Source of the DNA: Cyanophora paradoxa CCMP329
Lineage: Eukaryota; Plantae; Glaucophyta
NCBI GenBank assembly: GCA_004431415.1
Contig: QPMI01000011.1
Location: forward strand, 41,909 to 105,908
Length of the DNA: 64,000 bases
Direction of reading: 5' to 3'
Position 1 is the stretch's first letter; each line of letters starts with the position of its first letter. The position numbers and the translations under genes were made by a program. The notes beneath the pieces are model-generated. The model ran no database searches. It was not told the origin of the DNA and saw only the letters and a list, made by a program, of their open reading frames with translations. Positions 26,473 through 39,396 of the stretch are shown in pieces.

Positions 26473-27649
26473 ATGCGCCGGCTTTGGAAACCCGCTCGGC
26501 CACGATTGAGCACGGCGGCGGCGGCTCCAGGAGTCGCGGGAGCAGCGGCGGGGCTCCGGGCGCTCGGCGGGCTGATTTCCGGTCCGGCCGTTCAGCTTGC
26601 GCTGCTCTCCGGCGGGCTCGCGGTGGGATTTGCGGTTTGTTGCGGGGAGCGTCGCGAGAGGAGGGGGCCGCGGACCCTGCGCGCCGCGGAGCTGGCCGAC
26701 CGGCTCTCGGCGCACCGCCGAAGCGCAGAGCACGCCGCCGTGGAGCAGGGACTTGGTGAGCTGCAAAATTCGAATTTGAATCTATTTGAATATTAATCAT
26801 ACAAGATGATTTCGCGTCGTGAGCCGAAGCAATCCCTGCGCCGCAGCTGCTCGTGCGCCCGGAGAGCTTCCCCCGATCGACGTCGAGGAGGATCCGGCGC
26901 TGCTCGGCGTCGGCCGCGTCTCCGTGCGCTTCTCGGTTCCGGCCGCGGCGAGCGGCGAGAGCTCCGAAGTTGGGCGGCTGCTGGAAATCGCGCGGGAGGC
27001 GATAGATTTCTCCCTGAGCTCCGGATCGAAAGAGCACGCTGCGCTGAGTCACGAGCCGCAGCACGACACGAGACTGCAGCCGGCGCCAGGCCCAGGTGCC
27101 CCGGCAGGACGTGCAGCTAACATTGACTGAATTTCTAACTGAATTTCGAGTTCTTCGCAGCCGCTGTCTGCCCTGGCCAGCTACTCTCCCCTAAGCTGCA
27201 GACGCCATCGAGGACAGACGCTTTCCTCTTCGAAGCGAACGCAAAGGGCCCCGGTCCGAGCAGGAATGATTCAAATTTCCGACCGTCGGACAGGAATTTG
27301 ATCTGCGTTGCGTCAGCGGGGCCGCCGCGGCTGCGCGCGGCGGAAGCTGCCTTTGACGACGCGTGGGGCCGCGGGCGCTCTCTCGCCCTGCGCGTCGCTC
27401 TGGCGGGTGCCGAGAGCGCGACGCCCTCCGCCCGCGTCGAACTCCGCGCGAGTCCGCGAGATTCAAATTCGATTCATGATTTCGTATCAAATTTGATCTG
27501 ACCGAACTGCAGCGGGCCGCGGGCGGATGAGCGAGCGCGAGCTTCGCCTCGTCGAGCGCCTGTACGACCGCGTCTTTCTCGGACGGCCGCTGGACGCGCC
27601 CGCGCTCGAGCCTGCGGATTCGCGAGCGCAAGCGCAGGTTTCGAATTAA
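26473..27649 (+). CDS. Hypothetical spliced protein (possible N-terminal targeting peptide plus TM segment)
   Basis: Plus-strand introns (GTGAG ~26756; GCGAGT...CTGCAG ~27448-27512) and a plausible last exon MSERELRLVERLYDRVFLG...; no family recognised. Confidence 0.3.
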
Positions 27650-27855
27650 ATGTTCACCCGTTCGAATTCACCCGTCAGCGCTCGCAGTTATCCCAGTAAC
27701 TCATTCTGTACTCGAAAACGCGTGCATTCCGCCGAAGTGAAGCAGCCCCCCGCGCTCGAGCTTGCCGTGGTGCCGCAACGCCCAACGTGCATTCTGAACG
27801 GGGGCGGTCCGGGTCGCGCCGGGCGGGGGGTACAGAGGCGCCTGAAGATAGATTT

Positions 27856-30800
27856 CTACTTTGGGAGGCGCTTGAGCCGCTGCAGGACGGCGTTCGCGTG
27901 GGCCTCGAGGCCCTCCACCTGTACCCCCGGAGTCGGTAGGGGGGATGAAGGCGGGGAGGGGCGGGGTACGGGGTCACCTGGGCGATCTTGGCCGCGGCCG
28001 GGCCAACCTTCCGCAGGCACGCCTCATTCAGGCCGATGAGGCTCACGATCTGTACCCCGGCGGGTCGGAAGGGGGTACAGGAGGCGATCGGTAGCGAAGG
28101 GGGTACGGTACCTTGACGAAGTCCCAGACGTTGACGGGGCTCGCGAAGCGCGCGGTACCCCCGGTGGGCATCGTGTGCGAGGGGCCCGCCACGTAGTCGC
28201 CCAGCACCTGTACCCCCGCGTCAGGATAAGGTACCCGTGAGTACAGAGTGGGGGTACGCGCCTCGAACGACTGCTCGCCGAGGAAGATGCCGCCGGCGTT
28301 GTTGATCTGGAGAGGGGGGGACGAGCGGGGTTCAGGAAAGAGGGGTACGCGATACGACGGTGCCCGGGGCGGGTGCGGCGAAGCGCGCCTTGTTCACGTG
28401 CTCCCACGGGTCCTTGACGAGGAGGCAGAGGTGCTCCGCGGCGTACTCGTTCGCGATCTCGAACGCCTCGTCCAGATCCCTGTACCCCCAGAGCGTCGGT
28501 TCGGGGATTTGTGAGGCGTACGGGTGCGCGAACGCACTTGGTGAGGACGATGGAGGAGTTCTTCGAGAAGGCCTGCGGCGAAAAAGAAGGGGAATCAGAA
28601 GGGGTACCCCCGAAGGTGCGGGGGGTATGGCGCGCCTGCTCGATGGTGGTCCGCCGCGACATGTTCTTGGCCTGCTTCGCCGCGGCCTCCCGGACCTGTT
28701 CGTTCGCACGTACCCGCCTCAGCGCCTTCTTCTTCTGTACCCCGCACGTGGCGCTGGACCGGCCGCGGGGGCGGGCACCTTCTCGGCGAGGGCGCGGGAG
28801 GGCGTCAGGAGGGTCGCGGAGGCCATCACGTCGTGCTCGGCCTGCGGGCGGGGTGGGGGGGCGTGCGTGTCAGGGGTCCGGCGGGGGCGGCCTTATGTCA
28901 ACCCCAGCTATCCCGTGCCCGCGTCCGCCCCTCCTAGCTTTCCCAGCATGCAGCCCATCCCATCCATGATCGCGGCCCGAGAGGGGGCAGCCTGGGGCGG
29001 GTCCGGCCGGCGGACCCCGGCTTGAGCCTTCCAAGCCTCCCGGAGGAGAGATGGAAGCAGGCCACCCTAGACCTAGTCCTAGCGCTAGCCTGTCCACCCC
29101 ATGCGGCCCCAGACAAAGGCGGCCATGGCGACGAGGTCGCTAGCGCCATCCATCCCTTCGAACCATCCCATCCCATCCATTTCAAGCCCAGCTAGCCCCA
29201 GCCTCCTAGCCTCCAAAAGAAGGAGGGAGCGGACCTGGGCGAGGAGGTCGCTAGCGCTACTAGCCCGTCCCACGCTAGCCCATCCATCCCGTCAAGCCAT
29301 CCCATCCATTTAAGCCTTGAGCTTAAGCTTTAGCCTTAAGCTTTGGCCCAGCTAGCGCAAGCTTTAGCCCAAAGAGGGGGCGGACCTGGGCGAGGAGGTC
29401 GGCGGCGGCGAGCTCGGGGTCGGCCGTGTCGTCGGCGACGACCATCGTCTCCGTCGGGCCCGGCAGCCCGTCGATCCCCACCATCCCTGCACGGCGGGGC
29501 GGGGGCGGCGCCTCAGGGGCGGCGGCGGAGCGGCGCGGGGCCGGCTGGCTGGCTGGCTGGCTAGCTGGACGGCTAGCGGAGCGATTCCTTCTCGGTTGGC
29601 TAGCCTCAGAGGCGGCGACCCTTCTAGTCTCGATTGGCTCTGGCCCCCTAGCTAGCATCTCGACTAGCCTCGCTTTGCTCTGGCTCCCTCGGCCCTTCTG
29701 GCTAGCTAGCTCTGGATCTCGACCGGCGGGACGGCGCGCGCGAGCGCGCACCGAAGACCTGGCGCTTGGCGAGGGTGACGAAGAGGTTGCCCGGCCCCGC
29801 GATCTTGTCCACCTGCGGGGCGGGGGTGAGCGAGGCTGGGCTGGGCTGGGCCAAGGGCGCAAGAGGCTGGGCTGGGTCGAGACTCGCTTAGCGACGGGAG
29901 AAAGACTACGGCGGGCGGTCGATGCTAAGGCTCGGGCATAGGCATAGACTCGGGAATAGGCATAGGCTCAGTGAGGCTAAGGAGGGATGGGTGGGCGAGC
30001 GGACGGCCGCGGGGCGACGCTAACGGATGGTTGGGGGTACGGGCGGTTGATGTAAGCGGGCGCGCGAACGGGTGGGCGAGGGGCGATGCTACAAGGGCTC
30101 GGGGGGCGAGGCGGGGCAGTGGCGTCCCGGGCGGCCAGTCGGGCGCGCGGGGCGGGGAGAGGGCGAGGGGGGGACGATCTCACGTTCTAAGTAGGGGCGA
30201 CGCTAAGGCTCCGGCAGGGGCGGGGCGCACCTTGCGGACGGTCTCCGTGCCGTACGCGAGCGCAGCGATGGCCTGCGCGCCTCCCGACACGTACACCGCG
30301 TCCGCCTGGGGCGCCCCGGGGCGGATCAAATCTTCTCTTTTCGAGGAGGAGGAGGAGGAGCGGGGGGGCGTGGGCGGGGGGGGGGGGGGGGGGGGGGGTA
30401 CCTTGACGATGTCGGCGGCGACGAGGATGGCGGGGTGCGGAAGGCCAGTGTCCCTGCGCACGCGCGCGCGCGGGTCGCATCTCGCATCCGCGGCGGGCGG
30501 GCGGGCGGGCGGGCGGGCGGGCGGCGCCGGAGGCTGAGGCGCCACGCACTTCTGCGGCGGCGTGATGATGCAGACGAACTTGCAGCCGGCGACCTTTGCG
30601 GGCATCGCCGTCATGATCACGCTGCTCGGGAGCGGCGCCGTGCCGCCCGGCACGTAGATGCCGACGTTCTCGATGGGGCGGATGAGCTGCCCCAGCGTGC
30701 CCTCCTCGTTGTTCTCGATCCACGTCTGGGCCGGCTGCCTCCTGTAGAACGCCTCAACGCGCTTCGCGGCGAGCTCCAGCCCGTCAACCGTCGCTGTGTC

Positions 30801-31217
30801 GCACTGCGCGTGCGCGTGCGCGCCGGTCGATCGCGCCCTCCCGGGGCGGGGCGCGGCGCGCGGGCGGCCCGAACCTGAGAGTAAGCGGCCATGATCTGCT
30901 CGCGCGACACCTGGAGGCCCGCCTTGGAGAGCTTGCACTTGTCCAGCTTCTCGGCCCAAGATACGAGGGCCTCATCGCCGCGGTGGCGCACGTCCTGGAC
31001 GATGCGGCGCACGCCCTCATCCACGCTAACTGGCTCCCCGAACAGCGCCTTCATGCCGTCCAGCACGCTCTGCGGGACCTTCCAGTCGTCCCATGCTTGC
31101 CTGCGTGGCGCGTTGGCGAGCGCGCGGGGGTGCGCCACGGCTTGCTCACCGCTTCAGGCACGAGGCCTTGGCGGTGGGCACGTCCAGGATGCGCAGCTGA
31201 AGCGCCTCGTCACCCAT
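27856..31217 (-). CDS. hisD: Histidinol dehydrogenase, stand-alone, intron-containing
   Basis: [63 protein letters not shown]|[25 protein letters not shown] and [10 protein letters not shown]; ATG 31217, TAG 27856. Confidence 0.95.
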
Positions 31218-31399
31218 CTTGTTGAGTTGCGAACTGGACCTTCGTCGTACCCAACCGAGCAAGACCTAGCTGGCTCTGCCGGCGGCAGCGAGCGTGGAAA
31301 GCTCAGCACCGGGCAGCGCAGCTTAGCTAAGATCCACAGGACACCCAGCCTGGACCGTCTCGTTTATAGCTCGGCGGAGAGCGGCGCTCAGGCCGAGCG

Positions 31400-34300
31400 A
31401 TGAACAGGGCCAGACCGTCGTCAGCGGCCCCGACGGCGATCGGGCTCTCGATGCCGGCGACCACGCCCAGGCCGCCGCCGCCGACTGTGAGGCCGAACTC
31501 CGCAGCGCCCACGCCGAGAGCCCCGCCCCCGCCCGTGGCGCCTCGCCCAGCGTCGCACATTCTCCGGCCCGGGAGCGCAGCTGCATCCATGCAGGGAGCG
31601 TACGCGACCCCGCGCCAGTCCATCCACGCTGCGCAAGTGAGCGGGGCCGGCTATCCTTCCTCGGCCCCGGACCTCGCCCAGCACGAATACGGGTCCGTTG
31701 AGCTCTCTCCAGGCTCCGTTCAAAGCTAAGGACGGCCTTCGTGCAGGGAGCGGGCGCCCACGGCGTGGGGCGCTGCGTCCGTCGCGTCGACGCCGCGGCC
31801 GCCCGTCTCGCAGCAGGTGATGGCCTCGGAGCGGGCGCACATGGAGCGGCTCAAGGCGGACATACGCGCCGTCCACAAGCGATGCGAGGAGCTGCGCGCC
31901 ACCGCCGGCTCGCGGCGCGGATCGGAAGCCCCCGAGGCGACCTCCCGCGCCGGCGACGACATGGACGTCAAGCTCGCCCGCTACGGGTTCGTCAGCTCGG
32001 ACGGTGCGCTCTACGTACCCCCCCCCCGAGCGGCTCCCATTGCGGTACCCCCCCGAACCCCGCCCGGCAGCGCACCAGCTCGCGACCGCGAAAGTGGCCC
32101 TCGCCGAGCTGCTAGCGTCCAAGATGGCCGAGCTCGACCGCCTCCTCCTCCGTTCGGTCACTAACAGGGTCCGGCCACCCTTCGCCCTGCATACGACTTG
32201 GGCCTCCCTGAAAGCGCTGTACCCCCCTCCAGGGCAACGTAAGGCCTGCGGGCAAGGACCCTCCCGGCCTCTCCCACGCCCAGTCATTCTTCGGGGGTAC
32301 ACACCCCGCGCTCGCTGTATCCCCTCCCGATTCGACGTACCCCCGACCGATGTTGGTGCCCAGTTGCGGAGACGCTCCTGTCCCTGGACGACGCGATCTC
32401 GGCGAAGGAGGCGCGCCCGTACCCCCTTCCCTCCCCCTCCCCCTCCCCCCCACAGCTTACCTGTACCCCCAGCGCGAGGCGGCGGCGGCGAAGGAAGCGG
32501 CCGCGCAGGAGAGAGAGGCGCGGGAGGCCGCCGAAGGAGAAGCGGCGCTCTTGAAGGCGACCCTCGAGAAGGCGCGCGGCGGCGGCGTACCCCCGCCGAG
32601 TTTGTTCCCCCCTTTCTTACGGGGTACCCCGCAGGCGGCGGATGAGGTGAGGGTGATGCAGGCGCGGCTCATGGAGTACGAATCCGTGGGGGCCCCGAAG
32701 TGCGCCCCGCCCCCACTGCTCCGAAACTGTACCCCCGTTCGCACGCACACCCCTTTCGCCGCAGGCGTCGCATCTCCGTCGCCCAGCCCCCACCCGCCCC
32801 CCCACCCCCGCCGGAGGCAAGCCTCCAAATGGTCCCGCCCGACGAAAGCCTCTCACATTGTACCCCCGCTCGCAGTTCCGGCAATCGCAGCCGTGCATCG
32901 AGTGCGCGCGGAATCGGTCAGAGACTTCTTCGGCCCGCCAGCGCGCCGACGCCGCCGAGAACCACTCCCGCTCCCTCTTCGCCGAGCTGGCGCGTAGCCC
33001 CACCCCCCGCGTGATTCCGGTTCCCCTCCCCTCTCGCTGACGTGCTCCGGTACCCCAGGAGTCGGCCAAGGACCAGATCGCGAGGGACCGCGCGCTGGCG
33101 AGCCGCTTCCGCGCGCTGGCCGCCGCCCAGCAGGTGGGCGGTACCCCCCCGAATCTCGTTGCCAGCCGGGTTGTAGTAATCCCGAGGGGGTACAGGAGTC
33201 GGCGGAGGCGACGGGGGCGGCGGCGGGCCGCGGGGCGGCGGAGGCGGCGGCGGCGGCGGAGATCGCGCGCGCCGAGCTGGCCGTCGCCCGGGTGCGCCCT
33301 CCAAAGACCGCAGCCCCGACCTCTAACTTTTGACTTAGGAGGAGCTGCGGGAGCGGGGCCGGGAGCTGGAGGAGGCGCGGCGCCTCTGCGGGGAGCTGCG
33401 GGCCCAGCTGGAGGCCAAGGTGGGACCTCGAGGCCCTAAGCTCCAGCCCTAAGCTTCAGCGCTTAGCGCAGCCTTTTTCCACCGGGTCCCTCGGGGGGTC
33501 CGTGGACTCGAGCTAGCTGGCTAGTCCTCGAAGTCCTTGCCAGCTGGAGGCCAGGGCACGCGCCGCCCCGCCCCGTGGCCCGAGGGCCCTGGGACTAGCC
33601 AGCTAGCTTCCTCCCCTTCCGCCCCTTCAGCCCTTCGCGCAACCTTCGACCGGGCCCCTCGGGGGCCTTCCCCGGCCCCGACGGTCCTGAGCCCTAAGCG
33701 GCCCTTAGCGTCGCCCTCGCGGCCCTGGGACCAGCCGGCTGGCTCGCCCTCCTAGATCTTCGACCCTAGGGGCCTAGATCGCTGGCTCCAGCTGGCCGCC
33801 TGCGAGGGGCCTAGATATTCAACCCTAAGCTCACCGGCTTCTGCCCTGGAGCCCCAACGCGAAGCGCGGCCTTCGACCGGGCACTTTTTGGCCCCCCCCC
33901 TCGGCCCTGGTCGGCCCTGAGGGGGCATGGCCCGGGGGCCAGATCGGGGACCTGGCGGCAGCCATGTCCTCGAACGCCCGCCAGGTCCGCCCCGCCCCGC
34001 CCCGCCCCCGCAAAGCTTAGCGAGAAGATAAGAGCTTAGACTTGACAGGAGCAGAGCGGGCGCGCCTGCCTGCCCGGCGCTCCCCTCCGCCACCCCCATC
34101 CCCACCCTCGCCTTCCCTTCGCTGACGGCGGGGCGGGGCGGGCAGCTGCAGGCGGTGCGGCGGGCCTCCCTCGCGGACCGCGTCAGCCCCGACGAGCTCC
34201 AGAAGGTCCGTACCCCCCGCCCCCGCCCCCGCCCCACAGACCCGCCCCCGCCCGCCCGGCCCCGCACCCCTTGAAATATGGCTTCATTAGAACGCACCCG

Positions 34301-37300
34301 TCCCCGCTCATTAGAGCGCGCCCGCCCCCGCCCCCGCCCGCCTCGGCCGTTTTAGATAAGCCTCGATGATCTCCAGAAGGCCCGCGCCCGCACACCCGCC
34401 CCCGCCCCCGCCTCTCTGCGTGTCCCCGCGCGGCTGAGCCGCCGCGCCGCGCCCCGCAGATGAAGGACGCGTTGAACGCTGCCAAGGTACGCGGGGCAGG
34501 CCAGAACAGAACAGACGCGAGGCCCGGAGGAGACGACTCGCCCGCCCCTCCGCTCGGCTGACCCGCTCGGGCGCGCGCGCTCGGGCGCGCAGGCGGAGGC
34601 GGAGCGGCTGCGGGCGGAGGCGGAGATGGGCCGCGGGCGGGAGCGCCAGCTCGAGCGTGAGCTCGAGCGCCGCGGTCGCCTCCTCCAGGTGCGCCAAGCG
34701 AGAGCCGCCTTTTCTGTTTATCTTTCTTATCAATCCACTATCTATTAGAACCTCTGTCCACGAACCTCTATCTATCCATCTAAAGACTTAGAACCTCTTT
34801 CACGCACCTCTCGCCCCCGACTGCCTCGCCCCGCTGAGGCCGTCCTGTCTATCCCACACACCTCCCGCCCCCGCGCATTCTTCTCCGACATCGACTTCCT
34901 CGCCCCGCTGAGGTCGCGCCTGCCTGCAGGACCTGGAGTCCGGGGCGGACCATAGGGCGCAGGCGTCGCGGGGCGCCGAGGAGGCGGCCCGCCGCGCCGC
35001 CGCCGACGAGCGCGCCCGCGGCGAGCAGGCGCGCCGCGCCGCCGCCTTCTCCTCGCTCGCCTCTTCTCACTTCTTCTTCTTCTCACAGGCAGCGGCGGAG
35101 GCGCGGGCGGCGGCGGCGGAGGCGGCGGCGAAGCTCGCGGCGGAGCGGGAGGCACGCCGCGCGGACCAGGCCGTCCACGCCAGGGAGGTGCGGGGAGAGA
35201 AGTCCAGATCAAACCTAGATAGATCTAGATGCGGTCCGCGCGCCCTGCCGGAAAGACGCCGGCGTTGCCTATCTCGGACCATCGACCATCGCAGGGCGAG
35301 CTTCCAGATCCAAATCTAGATGCGGCCCGCGCGCCCTAGATTGCCGGAGGCAAAGGAGTAGACTCCGGCGTCGCCTTCCCATCTCGGACCCTCGCCCCTC
35401 ACCCTGACTTCTTCCTGGCCCTCGCCCTGACCTCTTCCTGGCCCTCGCCCCCGCGCAGCTGCGGGAGGCGGAGGCGCGATTCGAGGAGGAGCGCGGGCGC
35501 CTGCGCGCCGCCGCCGAGGCCGCCGCCGAGCACGCCGCAAAGGTGCGGGAGAGGCGGGCGGCCCGCCGGCCTCGGGCTTTCTGGTCCTCGGGGGCCGGGC
35601 GAGCTGGCTAGCTAGCTAGCGTAGCCTTCCCGCACCCCGTGCCCGGCGACGGCTTCCTTCCTTCGCATGCGTGCCCCGCGACGCCGCATTGACGCGCCGC
35701 GTTGACGGGCCTTTGGGGGTCGATCGCAGGCGGCGGCGGCGGGGCGGGCGGGGGGCGAGCTGGAGAAGGCGCTGGCGGCGGCCGAGCTCGCCGCCCAGGG
35801 CCTCCGCAGGGAGAAGCAGGCCCGCACCCGCGCCCGCCCCGAGCGCCGATATCCGACAGACCTCAAGATATCCGCTGACCGCGGGGCCGGCGGGCAGGCT
35901 GCGGAGGAGGGGCGGGCGCGGGCGGAGGAGGCGAAGGCGCGGGCGGAGCGCGAGGCTGCGCGCCTCGCAAGGGACCTCGCCGAGGTGCGCCGGGGCCGGG
36001 CTGGGCGGGGGCGGGGCGGGGCGGGACGGGGGCGGGACGGGGTGGGCGTAATCAGAAAGATAATAGTTCCGTCCCTCTCTCGTCGCTCTGTGGTGGCCGG
36101 GGCGCGGCGGCGGGACGGGGTGGGCGTGATCAGAAAGATAATAGTTCCGTCTCTCTCTCTCTCTCTCGTCGGCGGGGGCGGGGCGGGGCGGGGTGGGGCG
36201 TGATCAGAAAGATAATAGTTCCGTCCCCCCCTCTCTCGTCTTTCTGTGATGGCCGGGGCGCGGCGGCAGGCGGAGCGGCGGGAGCGGGAGGCAGAGGCGG
36301 CGGGGCGGCGGGAGGCGCTGCGGGCCGACTCGGCCGAGGCCGAGGGTCGGCGCCTCGCCGCCGAGCGCGACCAGGTGCCCTCGCCCAACGGCGCTCAAAT
36401 TCCGTTGACGCTGGAACTAAACAAACTAATATGAGCTGAATCAAACTAGACTAAAACTCCGAACCAGATCAAAAGAATTTCGATCGCGTTCTGCTCACGT
36501 CCATCGCAGGCGCGGGGGCGGGCGGTGGAGGCGGAGGAGCGGGCGGAGCGGGAGGCGGCGGCGGCGGCGCGGCGCCTCCGGGACCAGCTCGACGAGCAGG
36601 CCCGGGTGCGGCCTCTCTCCCCTTTCCCGGCGCCGCCCCGCCCGGGAATAAGGACAAGGGGAATAAGGCGGGAACAACAGAATAGAATAAGGCGGATGTT
36701 CGTAGAGTTTCGAGCGGGTTCGGGTCTTACTAATCCCCGCGGGGATAATATAATAAGGCGGGGATACGGATAAGGACAACGACACGCGCCGTTAGAGATG
36801 TTCGTAGAGCTTCGAGCGGGTTCGGGTCTTACTCCTTCCCGCGGCAGCTCAGCCCCGCCTGCGAATAAGATGTTCGCGGGGTGCTGTAGACTTGGGCGGG
36901 TTACGGATTCTGACGTGCGCGGGGGCGGCAGGGCGCCGCCTCGGTGCACGCGCGGGAGATCGAGCAGGTGCCGCACGCCACCGCCCCAACCCCCGCCTCC
37001 GCAATGTGTTTAACCCGCCGCCCTCCCTCCCTCGCGCCTCGGCGGCAGGCGGAGCGGCGGGGCCGGGAGGCGGTGGAGGCGCTCGCGCGGGAGGCCGACC
37101 GCGCCGCCGCCGCTGCACGCCAGGAGGCGAGCGCCCGCCCGCCCGCGCCCCCCCTTGAGCCCTTGCTTGAGCCTTTCGCCCAGGCTACAGCCTAGGTTGA
37201 GGCTTTAGATCTAGGCTCTAGATCCTAGGTCTCTAGATCCAGCTCAAGCTGGAGCGTGGGCCGCGCTCCAGCGAACCCGTTTCGAGACTTCGTTCTGAGC

Positions 37301-38942
37301 CTCCTCGTGCGACGTGCAGGCGGCGGGGGCGCGGGCGGAGGCGGAGAAGGCGCGGGCGGGGGCGGAGCAGGCGCGCGCCGAGCTCGCCTCCACCCGCCAG
37401 CGCGTCGCAGTGCGCCCCGCCCCACCCCCGCCCTCCCCCTCCCCTCAAATTCATCATCCTCTCCTAGCAACCTCCTCGCAAAACGCCGCCTTGCGGCCGG
37501 CGCCTCCCCCGCCTCTTGTCCTTCTGACCCCTCCCCTCCCCCCCCCCCCCCCCCCCCCCCCTTTCCCCCTCAGACGGAGTCGGCGGCGGTGGAGCGGCTG
37601 AAGGCGGAGCTCGAGGCGGAGACGGCCACCCTGCGCTCCATGTCCTCGTTGATGAAGCGGTGCGAAGAGCGAAGAAGCGAGGGATAGTGTAATTAATTAG
37701 GTCTAGAAAGACATAAGAAATAGGGTGGGCGGGTGGGCGGGAGGGCGGGGGAGGGCCACCCTGCGCTCCATGTCCTCCCTCATGAAGCGGTGCGAAGAAG
37801 TGAGAAATAGGGTTAGCTTTAGATCTTACTAGTGAAGCCGGCGTCGAATCCAACCCAACGGCTCTGATTGCATGACGAAACTCCGGCCCCTCCCCCCACG
37901 CTGACGGCGCTGACGACGAGCCCGGCCCCCCGCGCGCGCAGGCGGCTGATGAGCGAGGGCGTGGACGTCGAGGGCGAGCTCTTCCCCCACGCCCCCGGCG
38001 CTGGCGCTGGCGCCTCGGCCGCGGCGAGCCCGGGGGCCGCCTCGGCTCGCCGGGGCCCTCGCTGGGCGACCTCCAGCAGCAGCTCGCCGCCGCCGTGCGC
38101 CCCCTTCCCTCCCTCGCGTTTCTAAGCGAAAGACCCTGCGAAAGAGCGCTAGCTCAAGGCGGAACAAAGCTGACGCGGGCGGGCGGGCGGACGGGCGCGC
38201 AGGTGCGGGCGAAAGAGGCGGCCGACGCCCGCGCCCTCGAGCTCCAGCGGTGCCCCCGGCCCCCGCCCCCCGCGGCCGCCCGCGCGCTCGCTCAGCCTCG
38301 CTCTGCTCTGCTCGGAGGCTCTAGATCTGACGCCGCGCCTCCCCCCCGCGGCTGCATCCGCGCTCGGCCAGCCTCGCTCTGCTCTGCTCTCTCTGACATC
38401 TCGGGGCCCGGCCCGGCCCGCAGGCGGCTGGACATCTCGGGGCGCGCCGCCGCGGAGACCGCCCGCCTCCGCGAGTGAGCGAGCGGGCCCTCTCCCTCCC
38501 CCCCCCTCCCCCCCCCCCCCTCCCTCAGTAGTCCCCCCCTCAGTAGTTGCTAGTTGCTCACGCCCGCCCCCGCCCCCGCAGGCAGATCGAGGAGGAGTTC
38601 GGGCGGGAGCGCGCCGACCTCGAGGCCCGCGTCCGCGTGCGCACACACCCCACCCCCACCCCACGCCCACCCCACCCCTCCCCGTCCCGTCCCGCGCCCG
38701 GGGCCGAGCCGAGATCTAGACCCTGGGACCTCGAATTCGAACCCCATGGCCATGTGCACATTAAACGAGGCCCTCCCGGAGTCTCAGCGGGCCCTCGGGG
38801 AATCGAACCCACGCCCTCTTCTCTCCTTCACGCGACGTCTCCCCAGATGCTGGAGCAGCGGCTGGCGAGGAGCGAGGAGCGGGGAGCAGGAGCCCCGGGG
38901 CGAGGCACACCCACTGCCACCCACCGCCTCGTGCGCGGCTAG
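31400..38942 (+). CDS. Second large coiled-coil protein with a Pro/Ser-rich N-terminus, many exons
   Basis: ATG 31400. Exons such as MASERAHMERLKADIRAVHKRCEEL, AVERLKAELEAETATLRSMSSLMK and QIEEEFGRERADLEARVR. Last exon MLEQRLARSEE...LVRG* 38942. Confidence 0.55.
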
Positions 38943-39396
38943 CCGCAATGCAGGCTCCGCCGCGGCGCATTCTGTATGTTTGAACAGTGAACAACTTGCA
39001 GCAAAGATCTACATGAACTAGTGCCAGTGGCAGAAACTGACTGACAGCTAGCGCTATTATAGCGAGTGCACGTGCGTCGACGTCCGGCGATCAAATTCGA
39101 TCTTGAGCTTTGATTTGACGTTGAGTGTGTTGTACAGTGAGAATTTTGTGCTACTCCCGCCGGGCCGGGTCTCGCGCGTATCCTTCGCTGGCGGCCCGGG
39201 CCGGCGCCCGGCATAACACCGCCCGGCGGCCGCATGCGTCGGCGATCAAATTCGAAGCACGTGTGGTTGTACCCGGCCCGATCGCGAGGAGGCAAGCCGA
39301 CGTAAGCTTATAGCTACCTGCTTCCTGGCTACCTGCGCGAGCGCCAGCTGCGTGCGCTGCGTGCCTTGGTGAGCTCCCAGCGTAGCGCGGCCGACG

